From a virus, in the IMG/VR virus record IMGVR_UViG_3300045243_000021, positions 1-64,000 of that record: a stretch of 64,000 nt of DNA; one strand, given 5' to 3'. This document shows positions 17,760 to 27,338 of this stretch, piece by piece. The position numbers and the translations under genes are program-made. The first letter of the stretch is position 1, and the number at the start of each line of letters is the position of its first letter. A model generated the notes under the pieces. That model was not told the origin of the DNA. It saw nothing but the letters and a program-made list of their open reading frames with translations, and did no database searches.

Positions 17760-19994
17760 GTGCCATTCGTCTCGACCGCTCAAGAACGTGCCTGCTTTGC
17801 TGGTGCCATGCCAGGAGTGGACTGCCACGAATGGGCGCGTAAGAGCAAAGGCAAGAAGCTCCCCAGGCACGTTCGCAACGCCGCATCCGTCTGGCGGCGC
17901 AAGCGGAAGCTGATGCGCAACGGCTCACCCAACGCACAAGGCAACGGCTTCGGTAATAGTCTCAAGAAGCGTGTGACTACCAACCGTCGTCGCTCTACTG
18001 ATCCCACACAGTCCATCACGCTCCGTGGCGCAATGGCTGCCGAACTCAAGCGGCGGTTTGCACGGCTCAAGCTGGACCTGTACGACCTGATCGTTCGGGA
18101 TGATGCGTTCGGGCCGGCGCACGTGGCGTTGAATGCGTTCTGTCCGACGGGTGAAGGGGGTGGACAGGATAACTCGTGTTCGTCGCATGAAGGCGGCGCG
18201 CCTGCTGGTGATGCGGTTCATGGATACGTGCAAGGCTTTGCTGATGGCAAAGGAACCGCAGAAGACTTTCGGCAGGCGAACCGCGAACTCAAGGAAGATG
18301 GTAGTAAGTATCGGTTGGTTCCGACTGCTGACGGCAAGGCTCAGCCGATGCACGTTCGCGATATTGTCGATCAGTACGGCCCACGGTGGTCGGTAGCCGT
18401 TAATCCGTTGACTGGCAAGCTTGACGCTGGTGATGCTGACTGGTTCAGGGAGGCGGCCAAGTTTTCTGGCGACAAAGAAACACGTTCTTACCTACATGCC
18501 TTCAATGACCCAAAGCAAATAGGAACCGAGGCGGACGCCAAGCAAGCGAACAAAGAACTAGCCGAATCTGGTAACGCGCATCGCATCCAGTGGAGTAAGG
18601 AACAAGGTTTGTGGGTCGCAACGAAAGCCACGCACAACGAACGCTTCGCCTACGCCTCATCGCCGCAAAAACTAGCTGCCTTCAAACGCTGGCTCAAAGG
18701 CCAGATAGACCTGCGCATCGGCACCGAGTATGACGCCATCTGGGAACGCTACGTCGAGAGCGGGTTCCGCAAGGGCATCCTGAACGCCTTCCGGTCGATG
18801 AATCCGGGTCGGCCGGTTAACGAGTTTTATTTGGGCGGCAAAGAGCAATTCTTGCGGATGATGGAAGGCCGCCAGGTCACGGTGCAGAAGCTGAAGGTGC
18901 TGGCGGCGCGGACGTGGGCCGACATTGAAGGCGTGACGCAGCAGATGGGCGCGAAGATGACGCGCATCCTGGCTGACGGTTTTGTGCAAGAGCTACCCAA
19001 GGAGAAGATAGCCCAGCGCATGAGTGTGGAGCTGGGCATTGCTCTCAAGAAGTCGTTAGGCATCGTCCATAACGAGTTCGTGCATGCTCATGCGGAAGGG
19101 CAACTGGATGCGGTGGAAGAACTGGGCGGTACGCACGTGACGGCAGACGTGGCGTGGGAAACGGCTGGCGAGAACGTGTGTCCGTATTGTGAGGGCATGG
19201 AAGGAGTCGTGTTCACGGTGAAGGAAGCACGGGGGCGCATTCCAGCGCACATTGGTTGCAAATGTGGATGGCATGTGGTGCCGATGGCCATGAACGCTTT
19301 CTGTTCGACTGGTCCCGGTGGTGGCATCGACCCAACGTGCGGTCATGGCTCTGGAGTCTCGAAAAAGCTGCCATCACCCAAAGTTCAAGCGCATCCCAAT
19401 CATGGCGCTGGCGACAAATCGAAGTTTGTTGGCCAAATCGTCGGCAAGGCTGAGCACGAGCATGCCGCTAACGTCGAGAAGCACGTCGCCAAGGTATTGG
19501 GTGGGCGATGGGAAGAGGACAATCAATTCTTTGACGTGCAAGCGGGTAAGAATTACGTGGAAGTGAAGTCCATGCTGAAGGGCCAGAAGACAGCTATCTC
19601 TGTTCATGCCGACGCTTTGATTCGTAAGGTTGACGGTATTCGCCAGACGGGCGGCCAATTCCATACGGTTGTATTCGATGAGCGCGGCACGTACCAGGGT
19701 GGATCGCACAAAGAAAACTTTTCCGGCCACCAAATCTACTACAAGCGTGGCAGCGGCCGATATAGCTTAGGGCAAATGCACCCGGTAGCGGATGAAGCCG
19801 AACTTAAAAAGTTGATTACCATGGACCCGAAAGCGCTGCCAGAAAAAGCACGCGGGTCGTTGCCATCTGGGAAACTTGTGACGTTGCTGCGCCAATCGGC
19901 TGAGCGAGCGCATGAATCAAGGTTGGCCAAGGATCGCAATCGGAAGGAACGTCTGAAGGCCGAAGGCAAATCTGCTTATGAGAGGCAGACGTAA
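17760..19994 (+). CDS. MuF/SPP1 gp7-like minor head protein with inserted domain and C-terminal nuclease-like extension
   Basis: DPTQS..LR, E..HAHAEGQLD, W.TAGE.VCPYC...G...IPAH.GCKCGW; C-terminal FDV...YVEVKS. Confidence 0.85.
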   Translation: MPFVSTAQERACFAGAMPGVDCHEWARKSKGKKLPRHVRNAASVWRRKRKLMRNGSPNAQGNGFGNSLKKRVTTNRRRSTDPTQSITLRGAMAAELKRRFARLKLDLYDLIVRDDAFGPAHVALNAFCPTGEGGGQDNSCSSHEGGAPAGDAVHGYVQGFADGKGTAEDFRQANRELKEDGSKYRLVPTADGKAQPMHVRDIVDQYGPRWSVAVNPLTGKLDAGDADWFREAAKFSGDKETRSYLHAFNDPKQIGTEADAKQANKELAESGNAHRIQWSKEQGLWVATKATHNERFAYASSPQKLAAFKRWLKGQIDLRIGTEYDAIWERYVESGFRKGILNAFRSMNPGRPVNEFYLGGKEQFLRMMEGRQVTVQKLKVLAARTWADIEGVTQQMGAKMTRILADGFVQELPKEKIAQRMSVELGIALKKSLGIVHNEFVHAHAEGQLDAVEELGGTHVTADVAWETAGENVCPYCEGMEGVVFTVKEARGRIPAHIGCKCGWHVVPMAMNAFCSTGPGGGIDPTCGHGSGVSKKLPSPKVQAHPNHGAGDKSKFVGQIVGKAEHEHAANVEKHVAKVLGGRWEEDNQFFDVQAGKNYVEVKSMLKGQKTAISVHADALIRKVDGIRQTGGQFHTVVFDERGTYQGGSHKENFSGHQIYYKRGSGRYSLGQMHPVADEAELKKLITMDPKALPEKARGSLPSGKLVTLLRQSAERAHESRLAKDRNRKERLKAEGKSAYERQT

Positions 19995-20282
19995 ATGGCA
20001 TTGCACGTGACTTTTTCAGGGGCTCGTGATGGCGATGACGGGCCGTTTCAATTGGCATCGGCATCCGGTTGGCAAGCGGCCATGAAGACAGCTAGCGGCG
20101 CGGGCAAAGCGATTGATGCGCTGTTCGCTGATGGTGCGGTCACCAATAGCACAAAGCTAGCTAAGGATTTGGATAAGGCTCTTGCCATGAAACTGCCCAA
20201 GGACGTGCATGATACCCTTGCCCAACTAAGGGAATTAGTTGGTAGCGGCGACGAGCAAGAGACAGTTAGCGTCATTGACTGA
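19995..20282 (+). CDS. candidate immunity protein for the MuF C-terminal domain
   Basis: TAAATG coupling directly after the MuF extension; 95 aa. Confidence 0.4.
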   Translation: MALHVTFSGARDGDDGPFQLASASGWQAAMKTASGAGKAIDALFADGAVTNSTKLAKDLDKALAMKLPKDVHDTLAQLRELVGSGDEQETVSVID

Positions 20283-20289
20283 GGCTGGC

Positions 20290-20508
20290 ATGCCTAAATA
20301 CTCAACCGCCAACGACGACCGCGGGCTCGTGTTCGACGCTGCCGGTAACGAACTGAAGTACGTCTACGAATGCGACACGGAGACGGGCTGGGTGAAGGAA
20401 TGCGTCATGGAGGACGGCGTGGCAAAGATCGTGGGCGGCGAGTTCGTATACCGTCAGCGGCGGTATCCGGCTCCGCTGCGGTTCATCCGGATTGTGGAGG
20501 GTGATTAG
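20290..20508 (+). CDS. hypothetical protein
   Basis: GAGG RBS; V.ECDTETGWV motif. Confidence 0.55.
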   Translation: MPKYSTANDDRGLVFDAAGNELKYVYECDTETGWVKECVMEDGVAKIVGGEFVYRQRRYPAPLRFIRIVEGD

Positions 20509-20509
20509 C

Positions 20510-20737
20510 GTGGCGCATGAAGTGGAGCGACTGAATGGCAAATACGTAATTGCCTACAAGGAATGGCTCGAAGCTCATCATGCGGCAGAGAATGATGGTC
20601 GTACTGGGTGTCTTGCGTTCATGTTTGTTCTGCTGGTGGTAGCTGCGACTTATGGCGTGATTAGATTTGAGGGTTTCTACAAGGCCAAGGTTGCCGATAT
20701 TGAGCAACGTCTGGAGGCTCTGGAGGCAACGAAGTGA
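20510..20737 (+). CDS. small membrane protein
   Basis: One hydrophobic helix; GGAGG RBS. Confidence 0.45.
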   Translation: MAHEVERLNGKYVIAYKEWLEAHHAAENDGRTGCLAFMFVLLVVAATYGVIRFEGFYKAKVADIEQRLEALEATK

Positions 20738-20958
20738 ACCTGACGCCGACGGAGCGACGTTTACTTGCCCTGCTATCGGATGGCTGCCCGCATCGGCGGG
20801 AGGAACTCTTGGCTTGCCTCTACGATGACTACTCGCCAAGCGTGCTAACCTTGAATGTCCATCTCTGTAATCTCAGGAAGAAACTTGCCGTCGATGAGCG
20901 TGTCGTAGTCAGAAAGACGGCTCATTATCTACTCGAAACCGCCGGGTCAGCGTCTTAA
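20734..20958 (+). CDS. winged-helix (OmpR C-terminal-like) regulator
   Basis: LTPTERRLLALL...REELL.....TLNVHLCNLRKKL. Confidence 0.8.
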   Translation: MNLTPTERRLLALLSDGCPHRREELLACLYDDYSPSVLTLNVHLCNLRKKLAVDERVVVRKTAHYLLETAGSAS

Positions 20959-21066
20959 TTGAACTATTAAACCCACTTCTAAGCATCTAACACACAATCA
21001 CTTATCCATCTACCATTGCTGCAACGGGTGGCTCTGTAGCCGCTCCTTCCTTTGGCAAGCAATGGC

Positions 21067-22596
21067 ATGGACGGCATCGCCGAGCAAATCCTCGAACTCG
21101 TTCAGGTAGCCAACCTCGCTGCCTCTATTCGTCGCGTCCAGCAAGGCGGGCGGGAATGGATCGTCGCCCCTGCCACTTCCATAGTGCCCGGTGTCTTGAA
21201 CGGTTCGCAAGGCGCACTTTTCTATCCAGCCGATGAAGTCGAGAACACACACAAGCTGTGGGATGGCATTCCCATCACACTCTTCCACCCCATCGCGCCT
21301 ACCGGTGGCCACGTCAGTGCGCATTCACCGGGCATCTTGAAGACGCAGGGCATTGGCGTTCTGCAGAATTCGGCGTTCAAGGGCAAGCTGACGCATGAGA
21401 TGTGGTTTGACGTTGCCCGCACACGCGAAGCCGACAAGCGGCATGGCACGGACGTGCTGAACCGCCTCGAACGCGGCGAACCGATTGAGCTGTCCACCGG
21501 GCTCTACACCGAGAACGAACCGGCCAAGCCCGGCGCGAATCACAACGGGCGTGGATACGAGTACGTGGCACGCAAGCACAAGCCGGATCATCTGGCCGTG
21601 CTGCCGAACGCCAAGGGCGCATGTTCACTGGATGATGGTTGCGGCGTACTCGTGAACTGCCTGGAGTGTGGGAAGCAGGAGTGCCTCTGTGAAAACACCT
21701 GGACGGACGAGGCGCGTGAAGCTTCCGCGTTGGCTCGTCAGGGCAGCCACAACTCGCCTGCCCATTCGCACACGGACGCTGCCCACGCGGCGTCAAACCA
21801 CCCGGCGTTAGAGAAGGGGCCGCACCAAACCTTTGCCCGCCAGGCGCAGGCCGACGTCGAGGCCGCCACTCACCTCGTGGGCAAGGCGGCCAACCCAGCG
21901 GCCGTCAAAGCCAAGATCAAATCAATCGCCAAGCGCAAGGGCCTGTCGGTCCCCGACGCCTGGAAAACCACTGACAACAAGGAGACCGCCATGCCAACGC
22001 GCGACGACAACGTGCAATTCCTCGTGGCCAACTGCGACTGTTTCAAGGGCCGTGACGACCTCTTGGCGAACGAAGACGCCTATCCGGACGACCTGCTGGA
22101 GAATCTCGTCAGCAACACCAAGCGGACGCAGGAACTCGTGACCAACGCCGCGAAGCCAGTGGTCAACGCTAAGGCTGCGGACTGCGATGACGACGAAGCG
22201 AAGGACAAGCCCATGGCCAAGAACGCCTTAACGGAATGGGAAAAGTCGATGCCGGCCGAAGCGCTCGAAGTGTGGAACGCCGCCAAGAAAGTCGCCGCTG
22301 GCCACAAGGGTAACCTCATCGAACGCCTGACCGCCAACGTCCAAGGCGACGAGGCCAAGCAAGCCGCCGCGGCAGTTTACAACGCGATGAAACCCGAACA
22401 GCTCGAAGCGCTCGCCGCGACGTTGCCGGTGCAGGCCGTGACGTTCAATCGGCCGCTGCCCAGCTATCTCGGGGCATCGGGTGGGCCGGTGGCCAAGCCA
22501 GCGCAAAACAAGGCCGGCGATCAGGATGACGTGCTGCCGATCCCAACGTGGAACTACGGCACGGAGCGCAACAAGGAATTCATCAAGGCGTCGTAA
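21067..22596 (+). CDS. DUF2213-type prohead protease-scaffold
   Basis: IVPGVLNG, WDGIPITLFHP, IELSTG, PDHLAVLP..KGACS.DDGCG; low-complexity scaffold tail. Confidence 0.85.
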   Translation: MDGIAEQILELVQVANLAASIRRVQQGGREWIVAPATSIVPGVLNGSQGALFYPADEVENTHKLWDGIPITLFHPIAPTGGHVSAHSPGILKTQGIGVLQNSAFKGKLTHEMWFDVARTREADKRHGTDVLNRLERGEPIELSTGLYTENEPAKPGANHNGRGYEYVARKHKPDHLAVLPNAKGACSLDDGCGVLVNCLECGKQECLCENTWTDEAREASALARQGSHNSPAHSHTDAAHAASNHPALEKGPHQTFARQAQADVEAATHLVGKAANPAAVKAKIKSIAKRKGLSVPDAWKTTDNKETAMPTRDDNVQFLVANCDCFKGRDDLLANEDAYPDDLLENLVSNTKRTQELVTNAAKPVVNAKAADCDDDEAKDKPMAKNALTEWEKSMPAEALEVWNAAKKVAAGHKGNLIERLTANVQGDEAKQAAAAVYNAMKPEQLEALAATLPVQAVTFNRPLPSYLGASGGPVAKPAQNKAGDQDDVLPIPTWNYGTERNKEFIKAS

Positions 22597-22638
22597 GGGC
22601 GGTTTCACAACGAATCAATCGGAACAGGAGAGATACCA

Positions 22639-23136
22639 ATGAAGGGCAGCGAAATCGTCCTGACGCCATGGTTAGGAGCCAAGTACGAGGGCATCATCAG
22701 CGGCACGCCCAAGCCAGGCGTCGCCATGGAAGTCAAGAACGCCACGCCAGTCAGTGGCCGCGTTACTTGGCAACCTTACGCGCCGGCTGGCGACGGCTTG
22801 CCGAAGCTCATTGCGGTTCTCGACAAGGATAAGCAGCAGGGCTTCAACTACACCGCCGCCTACGTTTCCGGCACCAACGGCTTCCTGTGGCTGCCGGGCT
22901 ACGGCTGTGAATTCAACATGCGCAAGGCTGACATCGCCGGCACTGGCACGGCGACGGAGGATTTGACCGTCGGGCAAAAGCTCTTGCTCGTCTCTGGCAC
23001 GGGTTACATCAGCCCGGTAGCCATCGGTCTTGCATCCTCAACCACCAATTATCCATTCACCGCCCTTGAAGCACTCACCGATCAGCTCACCGAAACCCTC
23101 GTGCATTGCATGTGGAGTGGTTGGGGCGTTCCGTAG
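22639..23136 (+). CDS. head decoration/cement protein
   Basis: Between protease and major capsid genes; beta-rich 165 aa. Confidence 0.6.
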   Translation: MKGSEIVLTPWLGAKYEGIISGTPKPGVAMEVKNATPVSGRVTWQPYAPAGDGLPKLIAVLDKDKQQGFNYTAAYVSGTNGFLWLPGYGCEFNMRKADIAGTGTATEDLTVGQKLLLVSGTGYISPVAIGLASSTTNYPFTALEALTDQLTETLVHCMWSGWGVP

Positions 23137-23181
23137 CGAACCGGACGAAGTTTTACCAAAACGAACAAAGGAGAGGCAGCA

Positions 23182-24504
23182 ATGTTTGTCACCGAGAACT
23201 TCATCCGGAGTTGTGGCACGCCGCTCGTTGGCCAGACGCATCAGGTCGCCAACGAAATCTTCGGCGGTTCCGGCGAAGTGTCAGGCCGGACCTATTGGGA
23301 TCCCGGCCTGCGTCGTCCTTATTTCGACAAGAACGGCAAGGCCGCCGTCAGCATCAATCGCGGCCGCACCACGCTCGTCAAGGGCGAACAGGTGCCCATC
23401 CGCGAACACGTTACCTGCGCCGACATGGTGGCCAACGGCCTATTCATGCCGGTCTGGAATGCCACCACGCTCTCAAAGGAACAATGGCTCCGCCTTGACG
23501 AAGCCGTGCTGCGCGCCGCTCGTTACCGTTTGCGCCTGACAGAAGACATCGCCAGCTTGAGCGGAACGTACGGCGGCTTTGACGGCATGGCGACGATGGT
23601 CCTCGAGCATCAGACCATGAGCGATCCGGGCGAAGCTATCGTGGACATGACTGGCCTGACCATGGGCCGCACGGATCAGCCGCAGTTCCAACTCGAAGGC
23701 TTGCCGCTGCCCATCACCCACAGTGATTTTGCTTTCGATTCCCGCACCTTGGCTGCTTCGCGGAACAAGGGCCAGCCGCTGGACGTGTCGCAGGGCGAAG
23801 CGTCGTCCCGGCGCGTTGCCGAGTCCATCGAAAAGCAAACCATCGGTGTCAACACCGGCGTCATTTACGGCGGTGCCTCGACCTATGCCGGCGGATACGG
23901 ACGCACGAGCCAGGTGTATGGCCTGACGACGTTCCCGACGCGCTTGACGTACACATCCATCACGGCCCCGACAAGCACGAACCAGGCAACCATCTTGGCG
24001 AACGTGCTGGCCATGAAGGATCGGCTGACGGCCAACAAGTTCTATGGCCCGTTCATGGTGTACACCAGCAACGACTGGGATCAGTACATGGACGGCGACT
24101 ACATCCTGTCTGGTGGCAACGTGGCAACGCAAACGCTGCGTCAACGCATCAAGGCCATCGAAGGCATTCTTGACGTTCGCCGTCTCGACATGCTCTTCAG
24201 CGCCAATATCCAGACCGATCCGACCATCAACACCACAACCATTGTCGGTACGACCGGCGTGCCGCGTTACACGGGTCCGGGTGGTGAAGGTTTCGTAGCG
24301 TCGGCCACCAGCCCGGCCACGCTGCTCATGGTGCAGATGACGCCGGACGTCATTCGCATGGTGAACGGTATGGGCATCACGACCGTCCAGTGGGAAACCG
24401 TGGGCGGCATGCAACAGAACTTCAAGGTCATGGGCATCCAGGTTCCGCAAATCCGGGCAGACTTTTACGGGAACTGTGGACTTTTGCACGGAACCACGGC
24501 CTAA
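23182..24504 (+). CDS. major capsid protein (HK97 fold, encapsulin/linocin-like)
   Basis: TL...QW..LD.AV, LPLPITHSDF....R.LAASR..G.PLD, RRVAE.IE, YGLT.FP.R, FYGPF. Confidence 0.85.
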   Translation: MFVTENFIRSCGTPLVGQTHQVANEIFGGSGEVSGRTYWDPGLRRPYFDKNGKAAVSINRGRTTLVKGEQVPIREHVTCADMVANGLFMPVWNATTLSKEQWLRLDEAVLRAARYRLRLTEDIASLSGTYGGFDGMATMVLEHQTMSDPGEAIVDMTGLTMGRTDQPQFQLEGLPLPITHSDFAFDSRTLAASRNKGQPLDVSQGEASSRRVAESIEKQTIGVNTGVIYGGASTYAGGYGRTSQVYGLTTFPTRLTYTSITAPTSTNQATILANVLAMKDRLTANKFYGPFMVYTSNDWDQYMDGDYILSGGNVATQTLRQRIKAIEGILDVRRLDMLFSANIQTDPTINTTTIVGTTGVPRYTGPGGEGFVASATSPATLLMVQMTPDVIRMVNGMGITTVQWETVGGMQQNFKVMGIQVPQIRADFYGNCGLLHGTTA

Positions 24505-24573
24505 GCATCCCGCGCCGCTGGGCTGGGGTAGGTGTCGCGACCGCCCCAGCCATTTTTGAAAGGAGCAACGCAC

Positions 24574-24906
24574 GTGAATCAAATCTTCCGTTACCGCCTG
24601 ACGCTGGGCCAGCATTTCGAGAAGGACACGACAGGTAGCGATCATCTCTATGACGCATCGAAGGGGCCAGTCGAATTCGATTCGATGAACCCCAATCTGG
24701 AACGCTTCAATGGTGGGCCTGGGCTCGTTCCCAAGTTCGTGCGTCTCGACCGCGATGCTTCCATCGATCCGGTGGCCCAGCTGCCGGGCGAAGCACAGCC
24801 GACGTACATCGCACGCATGAACGAGCTGCGCAACCGCATCGGCAACGCCATCGAAGCTGCCAAGAAGCAACAGCCCGCACAGAAAGAACTCATCGCCGCC
24901 AAGTAA
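24574..24906 (+). CDS. hypothetical virion-associated protein
   Basis: AAGGAG RBS, GTG start after the capsid gene. Confidence 0.55.
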   Translation: MNQIFRYRLTLGQHFEKDTTGSDHLYDASKGPVEFDSMNPNLERFNGGPGLVPKFVRLDRDASIDPVAQLPGEAQPTYIARMNELRNRIGNAIEAAKKQQPAQKELIAAK

Positions 24907-24914
24907 GGTGACGC

Positions 24915-25352
24915 ATGGCACGCACGACAGCCTTAGCGGTGGCTAGCGTCCTGGTGGATTCCTCGCTTTCACCCAACGGACAAGGCGACTACGACGGCAC
25001 TACCGACCTGACGCCGTACATTGTCTCGGCTTCATCGGTCGTGGATCGTGTGGCAACGGCCGCGTCCGACATCAAAGGCATCACACTATCGACGACTGAG
25101 CTGGAGCTAATCGAGCGGTGGTTGGCTGCCCACTTCTACACCAAGATGGACCCGACGTACCTGACGAAGACGACGGGCAAGGCCGTGGTATCGTTCGCAC
25201 GTAATCCCAAGGTGCCCGAGCCGTACAAGGACGTGGCGATTGCCATGGACTACAGCGGCATGCTGAACGCCATTCTCAATCGACAATCGGCAGGTGGGTT
25301 CTGGATGGGCAAAACCGTTCCTGACCAGTTGTCGTACACGGATAGGAACTGA
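24915..25352 (+). CDS. head-tail adaptor
   Basis: L..IERWLAAHFY and A..MDYSG.L motifs; position. Confidence 0.7.
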   Translation: MARTTALAVASVLVDSSLSPNGQGDYDGTTDLTPYIVSASSVVDRVATAASDIKGITLSTTELELIERWLAAHFYTKMDPTYLTKTTGKAVVSFARNPKVPEPYKDVAIAMDYSGMLNAILNRQSAGGFWMGKTVPDQLSYTDRN

Positions 25353-25362
25353 GGAGCAACTA

Positions 25363-25623
25363 ATGGCGGACGTGTCGCGGCGAGGAAAGGTATTGGCAAG
25401 TTCTTGGGAAGTCTATTGTTGGCCAGAATTCAAAGCATTTGCTGAGCGACTGGGTATTGCCTACGACGCACCAACTGTTCGCTTAGTAGTAGTTCTTGGT
25501 GAGCCTAATGAGCCAGTGAAGATTGAGCATTCGTACGCTGGGTCTGACGCACAACCGCTGGCTCCGTTCGACGGCGGTCCTGACATGGCTTGCGAGGTCA
25601 CGGCATGCCAGCCCAGGAACTAG
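25363..25623 (+). CDS. hypothetical protein
   Basis: GAGGAG RBS. Confidence 0.45.
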   Translation: MADVSRRGKVLASSWEVYCWPEFKAFAERLGIAYDAPTVRLVVVLGEPNEPVKIEHSYAGSDAQPLAPFDGGPDMACEVTACQPRN

Positions 25624-25994
25624 CTTTTCGGCGACAACGGGCCATTCTGTGGCCGCTACTAACGCCAGCGAGCGCCGGACGACAGAAGTTCAACGAACCG
25701 CTGAAGGGTGACCCGGTTGAGTTGAGTGTGCGGTGGGACGATCAGCAAAAGGAGATTCTGGGCAGTAATGGCACGCCGGTACGGGTCGATGCCGTGGTGA
25801 TTGTGGACCGGCGCATAGCCATTGACAGTTTGATGGTGAAAGGCACGCTAAGTGAGTGGTTAGGTACGGGTTCGGCAACGGCGCAAGACCCAACGGTGAT
25901 GCAGGTGATTGTGTTTAACGAGGTGCCGGACATAAAAAACCGTGTGTCGTATCGCGAAGTTGGGCTCATACGCTTCCGGAGTTCACTACCATAA
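25605..25994 (+). CDS. head closure/stopper protein
   Basis: Q.A..W......G......PVEL.VRW; position. Confidence 0.65.
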   Translation: MPAQELAFRRQRAILWPLLTPASAGRQKFNEPLKGDPVELSVRWDDQQKEILGSNGTPVRVDAVVIVDRRIAIDSLMVKGTLSEWLGTGSATAQDPTVMQVIVFNEVPDIKNRVSYREVGLIRFRSSLP

Positions 25995-26350
25995 TGGGAA
26001 TAGAAGGCGTAGATAAGGTGATAGTGGCTCTCAATTCCAAACTCGCCCGCAAGGGCAAGTATGGAAATGCCGTCATCAACGTTGGTTACCGCGCGTACTA
26101 TGCCATCTATGTGCATGAGAACCTGGAGGCGTATCACCCAATAGGTCAGGCCAAGTTCCTGGAGACACCGTTAAGGCGGAACAGAGAGAAGTATGCCCGC
26201 ATGGTGCGCAGTGCCATGGCACGGGGTGAATCATTGGGTTCTGCATTGGCCATTGCAGGGCAGGAGCTACTGGAAGACTCTCAGGCGCTAGTGCCCTACG
26301 ACACGGGGTTTTTGCATGATTCGGGATTTGTGAGTGTAGCGGCAAAGTGA
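25994..26350 (+). CDS. HK97 gp10-like neck/tail completion protein
   Basis: YA.YVHE, GQAKFLE.P, SQ.LVP.DTG.L..S. Confidence 0.75.
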   Translation: MGIEGVDKVIVALNSKLARKGKYGNAVINVGYRAYYAIYVHENLEAYHPIGQAKFLETPLRRNREKYARMVRSAMARGESLGSALAIAGQELLEDSQALVPYDTGFLHDSGFVSVAAK

Positions 26351-26351
26351 G

Positions 26352-26762
26352 GTGGCTATGGACTGCGAAGCGTCGCACGACCTGCTTCGGGAAAGTGCCA
26401 AGGTGAAGCCATCGCTGGCCTGGGGGCTCGTGATCCTGCTCGGCATCGCCATCGTCTGGCTTGCGTTGCTCAAGTTCTCTTCTCATCCATCCCAGCCTGC
26501 ACAAGCCGTCATGGCCCAGCCCAAGCCCATTCACGACGAGTTTCCGCCGCCGGTGCGCTACGAAGGCGACCGGCAAAAGGAATTCGCGGCACGCTGGCGG
26601 AAAGTGGTAACTGAGGCAGGCCCGCCGCCACGCTCGGATTGTTACCCGGTGTTAGCCCATGCGACACGCACGGGCATTTACGTCAAGGCCCACTGGCGGA
26701 GCATGCCGGACAACGACCTGACGAACAACTTGCGGTCTCGACAAGACGACGAGGCCGATTAG
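26352..26762 (+). CDS. membrane-anchored hypothetical protein
   Basis: TM helix; GIYVKAHWRSMPD..TNN tail. Confidence 0.5.
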   Translation: MAMDCEASHDLLRESAKVKPSLAWGLVILLGIAIVWLALLKFSSHPSQPAQAVMAQPKPIHDEFPPPVRYEGDRQKEFAARWRKVVTEAGPPPRSDCYPVLAHATRTGIYVKAHWRSMPDNDLTNNLRSRQDDEAD

Positions 26763-26808
26763 AGCGGTTCCCGATGGAACGATTGGCAACAACGAGCTGG
26801 AGATCAAA

Positions 26809-27228
26809 ATGGACCCCAATGTCGTTTTTACCGCAATCGTTAATAACGGCTTTGGGCCTGTCTGTGCGGCGGCCATTCTGATTTTCGCCTGGCTCCGGGA
26901 GACGAAAACAATCCCGAAGATGATGGAGACGTTCCAGGCCGTGAACAAGGAAACGCAAGAAGCATTCTCGAAGCGCAATGACGATGCGTTACAGACGTTT
27001 GCCACGTTGACGCGGGAAGAGCGCACGACGTATCAGAAATGGCATGAGGAGAACCGAGACCGGCTGGACCGCATGTTCCTGGAGCAGAAGGAAGGTCGGC
27101 ACATCATGCTGAACCTCGCTCATCAGCTCGGGCTACGGCAAGCGGTGGAAGAGAAGATGCGGGAAGAGAGGGCGGCACGACACAATGCTAGTGAGGATTC
27201 ATCGGCGGTTCCGCCGCGGAAGGTCTGA
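26809..27228 (+). CDS. membrane-anchored coiled-coil protein (holin/hemolysin-like position)
   Basis: N-terminal TM helix then coiled coil. Confidence 0.5.
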   Translation: MDPNVVFTAIVNNGFGPVCAAAILIFAWLRETKTIPKMMETFQAVNKETQEAFSKRNDDALQTFATLTREERTTYQKWHEENRDRLDRMFLEQKEGRHIMLNLAHQLGLRQAVEEKMREERAARHNASEDSSAVPPRKV

Positions 27229-27338
27229 GTGTCCAAGATCGTCCGGCGGTTGCGTAGGCTCGACTGCCAGGCGCACCTGCGGGCGCAGGGCATCGACGTG
27301 ACGCTGGAAGAGATGAGGAAACTGTAAGGGGGTGGAAG

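Noticed and set aside
23182-24504. Encapsulin/bacteriocin
   Set aside because: Lies in a full head morphogenesis operon, so it is the major capsid protein
23473-24921. 482-aa minus-strand ORF
   Set aside because: Antisense shadow of the capsid gene; same for other long antisense ORFs such as 39885-41042 and 58939-59874
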